Shown: one piece after another, positions 40,601 to 53,887 of the stretch
Position numbering within the stretch: the stretch's first letter is position 1
How the letters are laid out: each line of letters starts with the position of its first letter
DNA from: Octopus sinensis
Taxonomy: Eukaryota
DNA: 64,000 nucleotides
Reading direction: 5' to 3'
NCBI RefSeq assembly: GCF_006345805.1
Contig: NC_042997.1
Span: 173,972,001 to 174,036,000, forward strand
Translations under genes and position numbers: made by a program
The notes under the pieces: generated by a model
Databases searched by the model: none
What the model was told of the DNA's origin: nothing
The model's input: only the letters and a program-made list of their open reading frames with translations

Positions 40601-41444
40601 ATGATAGATAGATAGATAGATAAATGATAGATAGATAATGCGTACGTATGTGTGTGTATGTGTGTGTACACATATGTACTACTATACATACGTCAGTTTT
40701 CGATGCTGTCACGAATTTCCGTCTAATATCTATCTGCAACTACCGCTTATCATTTTCTTTTTATCAGTTCCCATATACGTCCTGGCCAATAAACTCGTAT
40801 TAAATATTTACTGATGTAATTACTTATCACTGTATACTTCATAATCTTACACTAACGATGTCTTACAATTTTCTTTACGAATTATTGTTTTCATGTTGTT
40901 CTGTGCTTTTTTTTTTTGTAACTCCAATAAGCACTTCTCATTTTATTCCTTTTCCATATATGCATATATATATATATAATTACAATTTTATATTAATTTT
41001 CTTTCTCGTTACCAATTATTTACCTTCGACACTCTTAATTTTCTTTTGAAAATTTCTCTTGTATGTCCGTATCAATATATATCGTTTAGAATATATGCAG
41101 ATATAATTACTTTTAACTATATCGTTCTAAATTTGTCGGAATTTCTTGATAAATTATTGATTAAATTTAAGGATTTTTACTTTCAACTTTTGTTTGTCAC
41201 TGTGAATAGGAAGTGACTTTCTTTTAAATCTAGATGCGTTAAAAACATGACAAAGAACGCAATGTCATTAGTACAATATCAACCAATTAGAGATACGAAA
41301 TGCATCAGTCTTAGCTAAGTACTCCAGAACTAAGAAAATCACAGAACACCTGAACTTTTGCTAGCAGGTAAAAGGCAGTTATAAAATTCATAACATTACA
41401 TTTTAAAACTTATTTCCATATCACATTTTTAATTTTATTCTTTT

Positions 41445-41812
41445 CTACTCTAGGTACAAGGCCCGGCATTTTTTGGGAGGGAACAGTCGATTAGATCGAC
41501 CCCAGTACGCAACTGGTACTTAATTTATCGACCCCGAAAGGGGATGAAAGGCAAGGTCGACCTCGGCGGAATTTGAACTCAGAACTTTGCGACGGGTGAA
41601 ATGCCTATTTCTTTACTACCCACAAGGGGCTAAACACAGAGATGACAAACAAGGACAGACAAACGGATTAAGTCGATTATATCGACCCCAGTGCGTAACT
41701 GGTACTTATTTAATCGACCCCGAAAGGATGAAAGGTAAAGTCGACCTCGGCGGAATTTGAATTCAGAACGTAAAGACAGAAGAAATACTGCTAAGCATTT
41801 CGCCCGACGTAT
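41445..41812 (-). mobile_element. SINE family A full copy plus internal-restart partial copy
   Basis: Same junction type as at 9980. Confidence 0.88.
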
Positions 41813-42347
41813 TTTTAGCGGTCAACGTACAAAGAAACTTTGCTTTTTATATTTATGTTTTCAGCGGTCAACGTACAAAACAATCAAACTTTGCTTTTTA
41901 TAAGGATATATAGATATTACATTAAAATAGAACGCGGACTGCAAGAAACGGGAGCCAATACACTACCAACTCCCGAGACGTGGTTTTGATTCCAGGAAGT
42001 TTTTTTTTTTTTTTTGCTAGATCAAAACATTTAATCTCACCTTGCTACACAGTCATTTTGACATTAAACATGTGTCACACTGTACACCTATACTGACAAT
42101 ATCGATATGATAGAGGCAAGACCTAATGTTATTCTTTCAGTTTCCGTCTTCTTTCAGTTCCGTTTACCAAATTTTGTTGCTTCTTATATTACTTAATTAT
42201 TTCTTGTCCTTTTTATTATCCTGATTACCGTATTTAAATGCCAGCCGCCTTTCTTTCGGTTCTTTTATTACGAACTTTTCATGATTCACTAAAACATTTT
42301 ACCAATTACATTATCACCGTCTTAAATATATATATTTACATACAGGT

Positions 42348-42687
42348 TTTTTACATCTTTCCTTTACCCCTTGCTACAATTTGCCTGTGGGCTCTGCCAG
42401 AGGTAATCTCCAATAGAAAATTATACTCGCAAATATAGGAATGTATATAAATATATCTGTATGGATATCATTTGATTACTATATACGAATCATCTGTGCA
42501 AGTTGTTTAGCAGGTTATTGTGGAACCCTTATCTGTCGTCTACGATAGGAGGGTCCACAGATAATGATATCTATACAGATATAGTTATACACATACCTAT
42601 ATTTGCGTGTATTATTTTCTATTGGATATTACCTCTGGCAGAGCCCATAGACAAATTGTTGCAAGAGGTAAGGAAAAGAGGTAAAAA
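42348..42687. repeat. Diverged inverted repeat, arms about 125 bp, 90-nt spacer
   Basis: GGGCTCTGCCAGAGGTAAT.TCCAATAGAAAA vs TTTTCTATTGGA.ATTACCTCTGGCAGAGCCC. Confidence 0.9.
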
Positions 42688-42738
42688 TCTCTATGAAAAG
42701 AAAAAAAAGATAGAAGAGAGAGATAGAATACGACCAGT

Positions 42739-42799
<61 letters not shown>

Positions 42800-42800
<1 letters not shown>

Positions 42801-43106
42801 AAATGAAGAAAATGCTGACAAAATAATTTAAGTAAGGGAGAGTGTATTTAATTAGGTGAAAGTTCTTTTTACCGGTTGCGCATTTGTTATGCTTATCAAA
42901 AGATATTTTTTAAGAGAGATAGAGTTCCTTTCTGATAGATTTTTTTTCTGTTGATAGAGAAAAAAATCTATCAGAAAGGAACTCTATCTCTCTTAAAAAA
43001 TATCTTTTGGTAAGCATAACAAATGCGCAACCGGTAAAAAGAGCTTTCACCTAATTAAATACACTCTCCCTTACTTAAATTATTTTGTCAGCATTTTCTT
43101 CATTTC
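42800..43106. repeat. Fold-back inverted repeat, arms about 150 bp, 8-nt loop
   Basis: Direct comparison of the arms; very few differences. Confidence 0.96.
42865..42903 (-). ncRNA. Hammerhead-like variant with U3-A8 core and GCAA in place of GAAA (mirror at 43005-43041 +)
   Basis: UU-UUGAUAA-GCAU-AACAA-AUGC-GCAA-CCGGU-A-AA; palindromic stem III ACCGGU; weak stem I. Confidence 0.4.
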
Positions 43107-43151
43107 CTTTTTTTATATATCACAACTCGTGTTCCACATCTCCTTTTTTAA

Positions 43152-43182
<31 letters not shown>

Positions 43183-43228
43183 CATATATAACGGAAAAAT
43201 TACCATGAAGCTTGGTAAAGTTTACATT

Positions 43229-43499
43229 TATAAAGGATTGTGGATAAGGCCAAAACAATTCGAAGTAAATGCAACGTAAATCACAAGAAAACAAATATAT
43301 GAATTAATGTAGACTTACCTTGTATTCAATATTTCGGGGTTATGCACATCGGCAACATTCGTTTATTTTCTTGTCAATGGGGTCATAACTCCGAAAATTT
43401 GAATACAAGGTAAGTCTACATTAATTCATATATTTGTTTCCTTGTGATTTACCTTGTATTTACTTCACATTGCTTTGGCCTTACCCACGATCCTTTATA
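43229..43499. repeat. Diverged inverted repeat, arms about 115 bp, 39-nt spacer
   Basis: ATATATGAATTAATGTAGACTTACCTTGTATTCAA vs TTGAATACAAGGTAAGTCTACATTAATTCATATAT. Confidence 0.92.
43366..43405 (+). ncRNA. Minimal hammerhead variant (U3-A8, U6) spanning the spacer and right arm
   Basis: UUUUC-UUGUCAA-U-GGGGU-CAUA-ACUCC-GAAA-AUU-U-GAAUA. Confidence 0.5.
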
Positions 43500-43540
43500 C
43501 AATATATGTGTGTGTGTGTGTGTGCGTATGTATGTTGTTT

Positions 43541-43844
43541 GTTCCTTTTCGAGCCACGCCTGGCTCATAAGGGCCGGTTTCCCGGTTTCCCGGTTTCCCT
43601 GGCGTATAGTTTCCCCACCTGAACAGGACGCCGGTCCGTCGCAGGTGAGCTGCAAGATGTAGGAGGAAAGAGTGAGAGAAAGTTGTGGCGAAAGAGTCAG
43701 CAGAAGTTCGCCATTACCTTCTGCCGGAGCCGCCTACAGCTTAGGTGTTTCGCTCATAAACACACACATCACCCGGTCTGATATCCGAACCCGCGATCCC
43801 TCGACCGCGAGTTCGCTGCTCTAACCACTAAACCATGTGCCTCC
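43541..43844 (-). mobile_element. SINE family C variant
   Basis: Head and body resemble 21698-22180. Confidence 0.8.
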
Positions 43845-45949
43845 ACATGTATGTATGTATGTATGTACGGATACAAAATCATGACTTCACAAGCACAAAT
43901 ATATATGTAATAAGAACGTGTTATATGCTTGTGTCTGTATGTGTAGAAGTATTATTTATATCCGTTGTAATAAACGTTATGTGTTTGTTCGACATTCCTT
44001 ATTCCAACATTAAGTGACCATATTTGTTAATCACAATAAGCGGAGACTTTTGTGTGATTTAATATTTTAATTGAACTGTAATTATAAATCTATATCATAG
44101 TTAATGAATTGTCTTAGCATTTATATTACTTGCATTGCGATTGAATAAATAAAAAGTTTTATAAAGAATATTTTACTTAACATTGTATAACGACAAGAGT
44201 CTAACAAGCAACAGAGTATAACTATAAATTCCATTGTGGCGTTAAACCCAAGTTATATTTATCATGCATTTGTTGTAAATTTAAGTGCCTAGTCTCATAG
44301 AGCGATGCTTTATCTTTCACAAGAGTTTAATAAAACAAAAAATAAACAAATGATTAAACTAGAAGAAACATCTCCATTCGCCGCCATTTTTATGAGTGCT
44401 CAATAAAATATCACATTGGTATCACACTGATATGTTGAATGTTCCCTGAAAACTATCGACCTAAATTATTATTTCCACGCAGCAGGCTTTACTAGAAACC
44501 TCTACTAATGTTAAATCTTCAGGAAAGGGAGGAGAGTAAGTGACATTTAAACTCTTAACAACAAATAGATTAATGCTCAACTATCATCATCATCCTCATC
44601 TTCATCATCATCATCATCATGTTCATCATGATTATCATCACTGTCATTACTATCGTTGTTGTTTTTGTTTTTGTTGTTATTTGTTGTTACTACAGCCTCA
44701 TAATGTTGTTGTATTTTAAAGTGTTACGCGGTTTTCTGTTTTCCATGCATTAATCTTATTTTATTTATGTGATTCTTCCTAAATGTAACCAATAGCAATA
44801 TTGATCGAGCCTTTCAATTTCGAGTACTTGAAAATCAAACCAAGAATAGCTTAAAATCTTTGCTCTGTTCAAAATCACTAAATAAAAGTCGTGAAGCCAA
44901 CATAATGTATTCCTCTGTCTAATTTCCTGTGCAAACCGGATGTTGTTATTGAGAATTATAATTCACCGAGGCTGTTCAACATTTACACGAACTTTCTCCT
45001 CCGTTTCACTGAACAAGAAATCCGACTACAATTTCCTAATGCTGTGATCTTAAGTGATGGTACTAGCTTATGACACAACCTTTTCCCTCTGACATTCCAA
45101 TCTTAAATTCTACATTTCTGTCTAGGAGGAAAAATTAACCTTTCAGATTTTATTGTACAATTACAGACACTTCGATGTATTAAGAAACTCGTTTGCCGAG
45201 ACTATGTAGATCGAAGGAACTTACCTCCCTACAGGGTTTTAGCGAAACATGTTCTCCACATTTTTCAGAAACGAATCCGATTGAAATAAAGAATGCCTCC
45301 ATCCACAACTACCTTTTAATATATATACATCTCAGTCTTTCTCAATGTTCTTTATTCTCTTCAATAATACTTGACATATATGGCTTAATTTAAATATGGA
45401 CATGGAGAGTTTGATATAGAGGAAGGAATTTTCCTCTCTGTACAATTTGGTTTCGTGGACAATAGGTTTGCTAAATCAATTTCTATGAAATTTTCCGCTT
45501 TTTCGTAAATTATCTGCGTACACACATGCACGCACACTCCCACCCACACACGCACACACACATGCATGCACGCACTCACGCATATACACACATACACGTG
45601 CACACACACGTAATAGTGGGGCTCGTGGAAATTTTACAAAACGAAAAAGATTAAGAGAAGCTGTTTAAGAAAGAAAGGATGATTGCAATTTAATTTTTAT
45701 TTTGTTAAGTTATTTCACTTCCAATCACACTAACATATGATTTAGAAATTTTCCACAGCTAAGGACTTTATATTTCTCTCTTTCTCTCTACCTCTTCAAC
45801 AAGCATTTTTAACCATGTAATTCCATTCTTCATTCAGGTCTTTAACATTTCTCTTTTTCTCTTCACCCATCGCATCCACTAACCACACGAGTTACAGCAT
45901 AGTGCACCTGGTTATCTGCTTCCTCACTCACTCTTATATTACCTTTTCG

Positions 45950-45982
<33 letters not shown>

Positions 45983-46290
45983 ACAGCCTCCTCCTCTCTA
46001 ACAAACTATAATATTATTCTTCTAGGAACAGGTAGGAAAATATTATAGATTTACTTCAATAAAAAATTACTTTTCATATAATTACCACCACCACCACCAC
46101 CACTACTACGACTACCACCGCCACTACACCACTACTACAACTACTACAACCATCATCATCATAATAGTTTTCAGTAACAAAGCTCATTTAATTTCAGCTC
46201 TCTCCAGCTGTTTATTTAAATCTACTTTTTCTTGTTGATGTATCTCTACTCTGATAATGCAAACATTATCAGCCTCTCTCTTCTCTCTCT

Positions 46291-46326
<36 letters not shown>

Positions 46327-46687
46327 GATGTAACTACCTCCTCTATCCATCTCTCTCTATCTGCCTTTCTTTAATCTCACCGCCAGGACATCATCCTCTG
46401 CTAAATATTGTATCCTTAACATATCTCTTTCTCTTTATATTCCATTCCCGCTCTACCGCACATCGTTAACACTTCTCACTCTCCCTCTTTTATCTCTCTC
46501 TCTCTTTTCTTTCTCCCTCTTTTTCTCACCGTCTTTTTCTATTGTTTTTCGCCACTCCCTTTAATTAACCACGTGATACATTTAGCCTTAGTGTATTATT
46601 ATACACCTCTCTTTTTTCTTCTCTACTCACATTCCTCCCCATCACTCTGTCACTTTGACTTTACCTCTCACTCATTCCACATCCACC

Positions 46688-46890
46688 AGACGACGCAGTA
46701 CTGGCAGCGCACTCTGAAGAGCAAATGCAGCACCTTGTGGACAAAGGCCTGTCAGGAATTCAGTCTGACAATCAGTCTGAAGAAGACCCAAGTAATGGGC
46801 CAAAGTGTCAAATACGGGGCAAGAGCACAAGGACAACTTCATATTCGTTTCAAGGACGTCTGTAAGGAAGATATGAAGTTGCTTGATCAG
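46688..46890 (+). pseudogene. Internally deleted RTE LINE fragment
   Basis: DDAVLAAHSEEQMQHLVD...ACQEFSLTISLKKTQVMGQ joined to RFKDVCKEDMK. Confidence 0.8.
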
Positions 46891-46902
46891 GACGTATGAA
46901 GC

Positions 46903-47510
46903 TACTTGATCAAGCTATAATGGAAGTGACAAAGGTGTATATTTGGTATATTTTCCTTTATGTGTTCAATAAAGGCAACAGGGCAACGGAAAGTGCGAGG
47001 AATGTTAATGCAGTATATGGGGATCGGACAATAAACGTAAGCCAAAGTCAACGGTGGTTCCAGAAATTCCGAACCGGAAACTACAGCCTAGAAGACGAGC
47101 CTCGTCCTGGAAGATCTGTAGAGCTCGACTAGGATGTCCTGTAAACCCTGGTGGAACAAAATCCCATCGTAACTGTTGAGGAACTTACAGAGAAGCTTAG
47201 AAATGGTCATTCAACCATTCATCGACACCTGCGTGCCATCAGAATAGTCAGTAAATTGGGTCAATGAGTTCCTCACAAACTTTCTGAGTTTAGTCACACG
47301 CAGAGAATGAATGTGTGCACTTCTTTGCTGTCACGTCTCACCAATGAACCTTTTTGGGACGGAATAGAGATTGGTAACTGAAAATGGGTTCTCCATGAAA
47401 ATGTCAAGCGCAGAAGTCAGTGGGTAGGGAAAGGAGAAACAGCGTTACCCCAAGCTAAAGGAGGTCTTCGCCCACATGAGGTGTTGTTATCTGTTTGGTG
47501 GGATATGAAA
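46903..47510 (+). pseudogene. Mariner transposase pseudogene (5' two-thirds)
   Basis: MEVTK...NAVYG...WFQKFRTGNYSLEDEPRPGR...VPHKL...KWVL...VLLSVWWDMK with stop codons. Confidence 0.93.
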
Positions 47511-47570
47511 GCGTTATACGTGAATCGTCGTCCACTTATATGTTATTGTCGGCGCTGTAATATTCTTCTT

Positions 47571-47862
47571 GCCACTATTATGTTGTGGCGGTATTATGCA
47601 TCTTATTATCTTTCACTCGTCTTTCGTGCTATCGCTGACAGCTCCGCAAGACAATGAATTTAGATGTCTACCTTGTCGGATACTCGAACTCCTATATAAC
47701 ACATAACTGACACTGACTCCAGCTGAGAGTCGTACAACGACTCTACTACTACTCACTTCCTATAACGAATGACTGTCTGACTTTATAGTGGCTGGTCTGT
47801 ACCACTTTCTCACGTGGGAAGGGGAGTACCATTTTCTCTACAACGTCTTCCCTTTTAGTTTT
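47571..47862 (-). mobile_element. Possible solo LTR
   Basis: TG...CA ends and TATAAA on the minus strand; no TSD found. Confidence 0.3.
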
Positions 47863-48121
47863 TTCTTTCTTTGGGAAGCGGGTAATTTTATTTTACTTTA
47901 TTCACCTCTCCTCCCTTTGTTAGCGTTTTGTTCCAACTTAATATTTTTTTTGTAGGAACTCTGTGTTCTTCCTTTTTCTTCCTTTTGTACGCATGGGTTG
48001 GACCACATGGTACCTGTCGTACAACCATTCCATAGATTATCCTAATCTATCTGCCTCATTTTCTATGAATCTCTTCAATTGGGTTTTCGGTCTTTTTTCG
48101 AGTATAGTGGGTGCTTTTTAT

Positions 48122-48492
48122 GTTGCACCATTACCAGTGCGCTTTTTACGTGTCACCAAGACCAGTACTTTTACATGGCACAATTACAAGTACTTTTTAA
48201 GTGGCACCATCACTAGTGATTTTTACGTGGAACCATCATCAGTGCTTTTTACGTGGCACCATCACTAGTGCTTTTTACATAACACCATCACCAGTGCTTT
48301 TCATGCGGCACAATCACGAGTACTTTTTATATGGCACAATTACAAGTACTTTTTACATGTCACCATCACCAGTGATTTTTATGTGACACCATCACCAGTG
48401 CTTTCTATGCGGCACCATCACCAGTGCTTTTTTATGAGGCACAATCAGCAGTGTTTTTTTTTTTTTGTACGTGGAACCATCACCAGAGCTTT
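48122..48492. repeat. About 26-bp minisatellite, roughly 14 diverged units (GTGGCACCATCACCAGTGCTTTTTAC-like)
   Basis: Tandem units with no spacers. Confidence 0.92.
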
Positions 48493-49559
48493 GAAATAGA
48501 ATAAACGCTCCGACCAAAATACTTTTGAGTTTGAATATTCAAGGAATATACCTGTTGACTTTATTATTTCAACAGTAAGTGAAACAAAGAATTTATCGAT
48601 TTATCATATTTAATTTCCGGATGACCGAGTCGCATGTGTGTCTATCGGACAAGAAGCCAGAAGGTTGGTAATTTATTATTCTGTCAGCCGAGCTTCACTT
48701 TGTCCATATCTGGGGGACTTATTTCTCAATAGATTGTTGTTCTTGTTACTACTACTGCTGTTTCTGTTGCTTAGGTGCAGGTCAATCTTGATGGAGCAGA
48801 CTTGTGATCAAATTCACTCCAGCTTTAACCATTGTTTCTCTTTCATATCAGGGAGGCGCTATCTTGTCAACTATCAATCGTTTTTAAACAGAGTTTTTTT
48901 TCTGGGGAAATTTTGGCTGGTGTTTCTATCAGGCCAAGTAACCACATAGGAAAAGCTAGATGCACATATGTACATATATAAACAAGACAGATGTACATAT
49001 GTACCCCGAATTGGAATAGTCCACTGCTTATGCAATACCCTCTCTGTAGAATTAGTTGGGGTTTTTAATCTTTGATTAGCCTTGATCACATCTTTTCTTC
49101 GGTATAATGTACTTCGGATTATTAAAACATCCAGTATGTCCTTCCCTGTTTAAGATGTTAGAGTGTAAGATAAGTAAGATTTGGTTGCTATGTCTAGTAG
49201 ATCAAGTCTCTACAGAGAGACTTCCTAGGCGGCTAGAAGGATTTCTTGTCTTATAATCTGGAATATTGTTTATGACTATATTATAATCATAAGCATACAT
49301 ATATGGATGCCGCTGATTAAGAAAGTGGAGTAACTGACTCCTTCAGATGGATCAAGAGAAAAAAGACTTTTAAATAATAAATCTTAACACAGGCACTAAT
49401 TCAAACCAGCCAATGTGAATCTACAGTTAAAGGAAAGTTTCTTCATGTTATTTTTATTATTGAATTAGTTGATCGCCCTCTATATTCTCATGATTTGGAC
49501 CCATCTAATTAACTTCTGTTTCCAAACACGAAAAAAAAAAAAAAGCTGGGAATCAGTAT

Positions 49560-49672
49560 GGCGGTGATGATGACGTTGATCAGTTTTTTTACTTACAGGA
49601 TGAAAACTTCTGCACCAATGGGATTCAAACATTGCAACACCGATGGAAAGAATGTGTAAATCTCAAGGGGGC
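49560..49672 (+). pseudogene. Mariner transposase C-terminal fragment
   Basis: QDENFCTNGIQTLQHRWKECVNLKG matches the F+..GI..L..RW..C+...G motif. Confidence 0.75.
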
Positions 49673-49770
49673 AGGGTTTGGTCACATTCTACAAGAGTTT
49701 CTTAGTCTGTCTATGGGCTTTTCTATCGACCCTCGTATCAGTACTCGTTGTAGTGTTACATGTTCATGCT

Positions 49771-50153
49771 GGTGGAGGCGCAATGGCCCAGTGGTTAGGG
49801 CAGCGGACTCGCGGTCGTAGGATCGCGGTTTCGATTCCCAGACTGGGCGTTGTGAGTGTTTATTGAGCGAAAACACCTGAAAGCTCCACGACGCTCCGGC
49901 AGGGATGGTGGTGATCCCTGCTGGTACTCTTTCACCACAACTTTCTCTCACTCTTACTTCCTGTTCTGTTGTACCTGTATTTCAAAGGCCGGCCTTGTCA
50001 CTCTCTGTGTCACGCTAAATATCCCCGAGAACAACGTTAAGGGTACACGTGTCTGTGGAGTGCTCAGCCACTTACACGTTAATTTCACAAGCAGGCTGTT
50101 CCGTTGATCGGATCAACCGGAACCCTCATCGTCGTAACCGACGGAGTGCTTCC
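49771..50153 (+). mobile_element. SINE family C, full length, 13-bp TSD
   Basis: TSD ACATGTTCATGCT at 49758-49770 and 50154-50166. Confidence 0.92.
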
Positions 50154-50722
50154 ACATGTTCATGCTAGCTAATTGTGGGTTAGATAAAAAGCTGCCTCAG
50201 ATCAATTACCCTTAGCAGAGCCAGAAAAAATATCACCGGGTGTCTTATTTGCCCAATTCTCCAATCTGTAATCCTAAATTGGTACTTTACTTATCACCTC
50301 GAAGGGATGAAAGAAAAAGTTCATTTCGGCTAGATTGAAATCAGTGTGTTAGAGTTGAAACGATATTGCTGTTTCCAGAGTTAATTCAATTTCATTCGAG
50401 AATAGTTAAAAGTATAAAAACTCTGAATTTGAAAAATAGTTCAATACTCTTTCGCATTTCTTATATCCATTGCGTTCTTCGTGAAACCCTTTACAATACG
50501 GAGTATCTTCTGAGATTAAGAAAGGTTATATTCAGCATTCTCTCGCCCCCTATCTCTCTCTCTCCACACCCTCTGTCATATATATATATATATGTATATG
50601 TATATGTGTGTGTGTGTGTGTATGTATATATATTATATATATGTAATATATATACATATACATATATACATACATATATTATATACATACACACACATAT
50701 ATATACACACATATATATATAC

Positions 50723-50773
<51 letters not shown>

Positions 50774-50917
50774 TATATATATATATTATATATATATCAC
50801 AATCAAGGAACGGCCATAATAGGCCATTCACCCACTAGAAATAACAGCCAAAGCTTCAACGCAAAATAACATTAATTCCGCAAACCAGGAGAAAATTAAA
50901 AAAACATTTACCCTGTA

Positions 50918-51023
50918 ATTTCTTATACGATGCACCGTTTCATCTATAGTTTAATGGTAAACTAACCTGATTAAATTAAATCAAGCCAATCTTCCATAGG
51001 CCTTAGATTCGTCAGTAAGAAAT
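50918..51023 (-). ncRNA. Canonical type I hammerhead (mirror copy, intact)
   Basis: Same core and stems as 51307-51410. Confidence 0.85.
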
Positions 51024-51306
51024 AGCCAGATCGGAACAGATTTTCACGAGCCACTTCTGTCCCTGCCTCGGCAATATCTGACCTAAAATTTTCAATCATC
51101 GCACTCGCGCCAAATTATCGGCAGCAAATAAATATAAGCCGCCGATTCCATACGGAATCAACCAGAAAATTCGGTTGGAATCGGCGGCTTATATTTATTT
51201 GCTGCCGATAAATTTGGCGCGAGTGCGATGATTTGAAAATTTTAGGTCAGATATTGCCGAGGCAGGGACAGAAGTGCCTCGTGAAAATATCTGTTCCGAT
51301 CTGGCT

Positions 51307-51410
51307 ATTTCTTACTGACGAATCTAAGGGCCTATGGAAGATTGGCCTGATTTATTTAATCAGGTTATTTACCATAAACTATAGATGAAACGGTGCATCG
51401 TATAAGAAAT
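51307..51410 (+). ncRNA. Canonical type I hammerhead with branched stem II insertion
   Basis: Stem I AUUUCUUA/UAAGAAAU (8 bp); CUGACGA; stem II AUCUA/UAGAU; GAAA; near-palindromic stem III ACGGUGCAUCGU; GUA ending at 51402. Confidence 0.88.
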
Positions 51411-51460
51411 TACAGGGTAAATGTTTTTTTAATTTTCTCCTGGTTTGCGGAATTAATGTT

Positions 51461-51875
51461 ATTTTGCGGTTGAAGCTTTGGCTGTTATTTCTAGTGGGTG
51501 AATGGCCTATTATGGCCGTTCCTTGATTGTAATGTTGAACTTATAAATGGTCTATGACTATTTAATTTTTTCCCACTAGGCCGCTGGTGGCAAAAAAATT
51601 CTATAAAATTTTTTTGCCACCCTATATTGATTAATTATGAATTTTCTGATTGATTCCGTAATGGAATCGGCGGCTTATATTTATTTGCTGCCGATAAATT
51701 TTGCGGTTGAAGCTTTGGCTGTTATTTCTAGTGGGTGAATGGCCTATTATGGCCGTTCCTTGATTGTGATGTTGAACTTATAAATGGTCTATGACTATTT
51801 AATTTTTTCCCACTAGGCCGCTGGTGGCAAAAAGATTCTACAAAATTTTTTTGGCACCCTATATTGATTAATTAT
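51461..51875 (+). repeat. 178-bp direct duplication separated by a 59-bp inverted copy of the palindrome centre
   Basis: 51461-51638 matches 51698-51875; 51639-51697 matches the reverse complement of about 51114-51172. Confidence 0.9.
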
Positions 51876-52067
51876 ATATATATATATATATTAATATATA
51901 TATTATATATATATATAATATATGCATATATATATATATATACATATATATCTATATAGATAGATAGATACATACATACATACATATACATATGATGATT
52001 TCTCTTGAATGAAACAGTTCTAGTCCTGTAGAAGCTCCTTCTATATAATAAATTAAAAAAAATATAA

Positions 52068-52139
<72 letters not shown>

Positions 52140-52214
52140 TATATATATCTATATATATATATATATTATATAATATATATATATATATATATATATGAAA
52201 TTATTGATACGGTA

Positions 52215-52400
52215 GGCGGAGTCCAACTAAAAGCTTTATTTAGTACAACAATCGTTTCGGCTGCGTTCTGCACTGCTCCCTTGTGGGTCGGGGACGATGT
52301 AATAACATCAGATGCACCGCGCAGTACAGGGAGCCTCACCAGTGCAGAAGACAGCCGAAACGATTGTCGTGTTAAATACAGCTTCTACTTACACTCCGTC
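52215..52400. repeat. Diverged inverted repeat with GCCGAAACGATTGT (HHR 3' half) reading outward
   Basis: ACAATCGTTTCGGCTG..TTCTGCACTG vs CAGTGCAGAA..CAGCCGAAACGATTGT. Confidence 0.8.
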
Positions 52401-52507
52401 TTCTGTATATACCCAACATGTATCTAGGAATTCCTTACATAGACCCAGCAGCGAAAACGCAGTACCGCAGACGATGCCTGATAAATGGTGAACTTGCTGT
52501 GCAGGCA

Positions 52508-52871
52508 CATGCTGGAGCACCGCCTTTAGTCGAGCAAATCGACCCCGGGACTTATTCTTGTAAGCCCAGTACTTATTTTATCGGTCTCTTTTGCCGAACC
52601 GCTAAGTGACGGGGACGTAAACACACCAGCATCGGTTGTCAAGCAATGCTAGGGAGACAAACACAGACACACAAACACACACATATATCTACATATATAT
52701 ACATATATACGACAGGCTTCTTTCAGTTTCCGTCTACCAAATCCACTCACAAGGCATTGGTCGGCCGGGGCTATAGCAGAAGACACTTGCCCAAGGACGC
52801 CCACGCAGTGGGACTGAACCCGGAACCATGTGGTTGTTTAGCAAGCTACTTACCACACAGCCACTCCTGCG

Positions 52872-52873
<2 letters not shown>
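52508..52873 (-). mobile_element. SINE family B
   Basis: Matches the family consensus. Confidence 0.9.
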
Positions 52874-52924
<51 letters not shown>

Positions 52925-52928
52925 AATA

Positions 52929-53176
52929 AATGCGCCCTTTTAAAGCCTAGCCAGGCTCATGGGCCCGGTTTCCCGTTTTCTATGGTGTATGTGTTCCCCA
53001 GCTGGACGGGACGCCAGTCCATCGCAGCGTTACTCATTTTTGCCAACTGAGTAAATTGGAGCCACGTGAAATGAAGTGTTTTGCTCAAGAACACAACGCG
53101 TCGGCCGGTCCAGGAATCGAAACCACAACCTTATGATCATGATGCTGACCCCCTAACCACTAAGTCACGCGCCTCC
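52929..53176 (-). mobile_element. CORE-type SINE
   Basis: Matches 24047-24305. Confidence 0.85.
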
Positions 53177-53834
53177 ACATTATATATATAATTGCTAAAG
53201 ACGACAACAAAAAGTTAGGGCAAGTCAAACATCTCAGTCATATACTGAATATTTTTTTTCCAATAATAATAACGTATATATATATATATTCGTTCTCCAC
53301 TTCAGCTTTATTTCACCAAAACAAAACTTACACACACATACACACACACACACACAGGTGTCTCTGTAATCACTTGAGCTAGTACAAATAGTGGCCAAAT
53401 GTCTCTTCAAACACATCCTTTTATCAAAAGAAAGACAGATTTGCAGTATTTCGGAAAGGAAGAAAAAAAAGACTATGGAATGAGTCTGCTACATCTGACA
53501 CAACTCTGAGCTAAACAAAACGCAAAGATATTTCACATCAAAATATTATCCACTAATTAATACTAATAAAGTTTGACGGTATATCTTCGAAGTTTCATTC
53601 CCTGGTAAAACTCTATGTATTTCAAGATTGTTCAGGCAGAGTTGTCTCCCTTAGCTAAAGACCTCAAAATTGTGTGACCCGACCTTGTTTTTTTTAGGTT
53701 ATTTTAGTAGTAAAAAAAGATTTGCTATGCAAAAACATGCTTTATTTTGTAGCCGAAAGATTACCGAATCTTTTGATACCTCATACGTCAAAATCGGTAA
53801 ATCAGTTTTGGAATTCATTAGCAACACACACACA

Positions 53835-53887
<53 letters not shown>

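Larger units (their letters stand above)
50796..51533. repeat. Largest fold-back inverted repeat, arms about 355 bp, 25-nt loop
   Basis: Direct comparison of the arms; scattered indels and substitutions. Confidence 0.97.

Noticed and set aside
43401-43416. Perfect donor CAAG|GTAAGT inside a palindrome arm
   Set aside because: No upstream acceptor or open exon; it lies in repeat-derived sequence.
44310-44387. AAAATGGCGGCG start with a signal-peptide-like 25-aa ORF (minus)
   Set aside because: Ends in a stop with no good donor; could be chance or a YY1-like motif.
48122-48492. CRISPR-like periodicity
   Set aside because: Contiguous diverged units, no unique spacers, no cas genes, and a eukaryotic context.
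49771-49850. tRNA-like sequence (also other SINE heads)
   Set aside because: No complete cloverleaf; the sequence continues into SINE bodies with TSDs.
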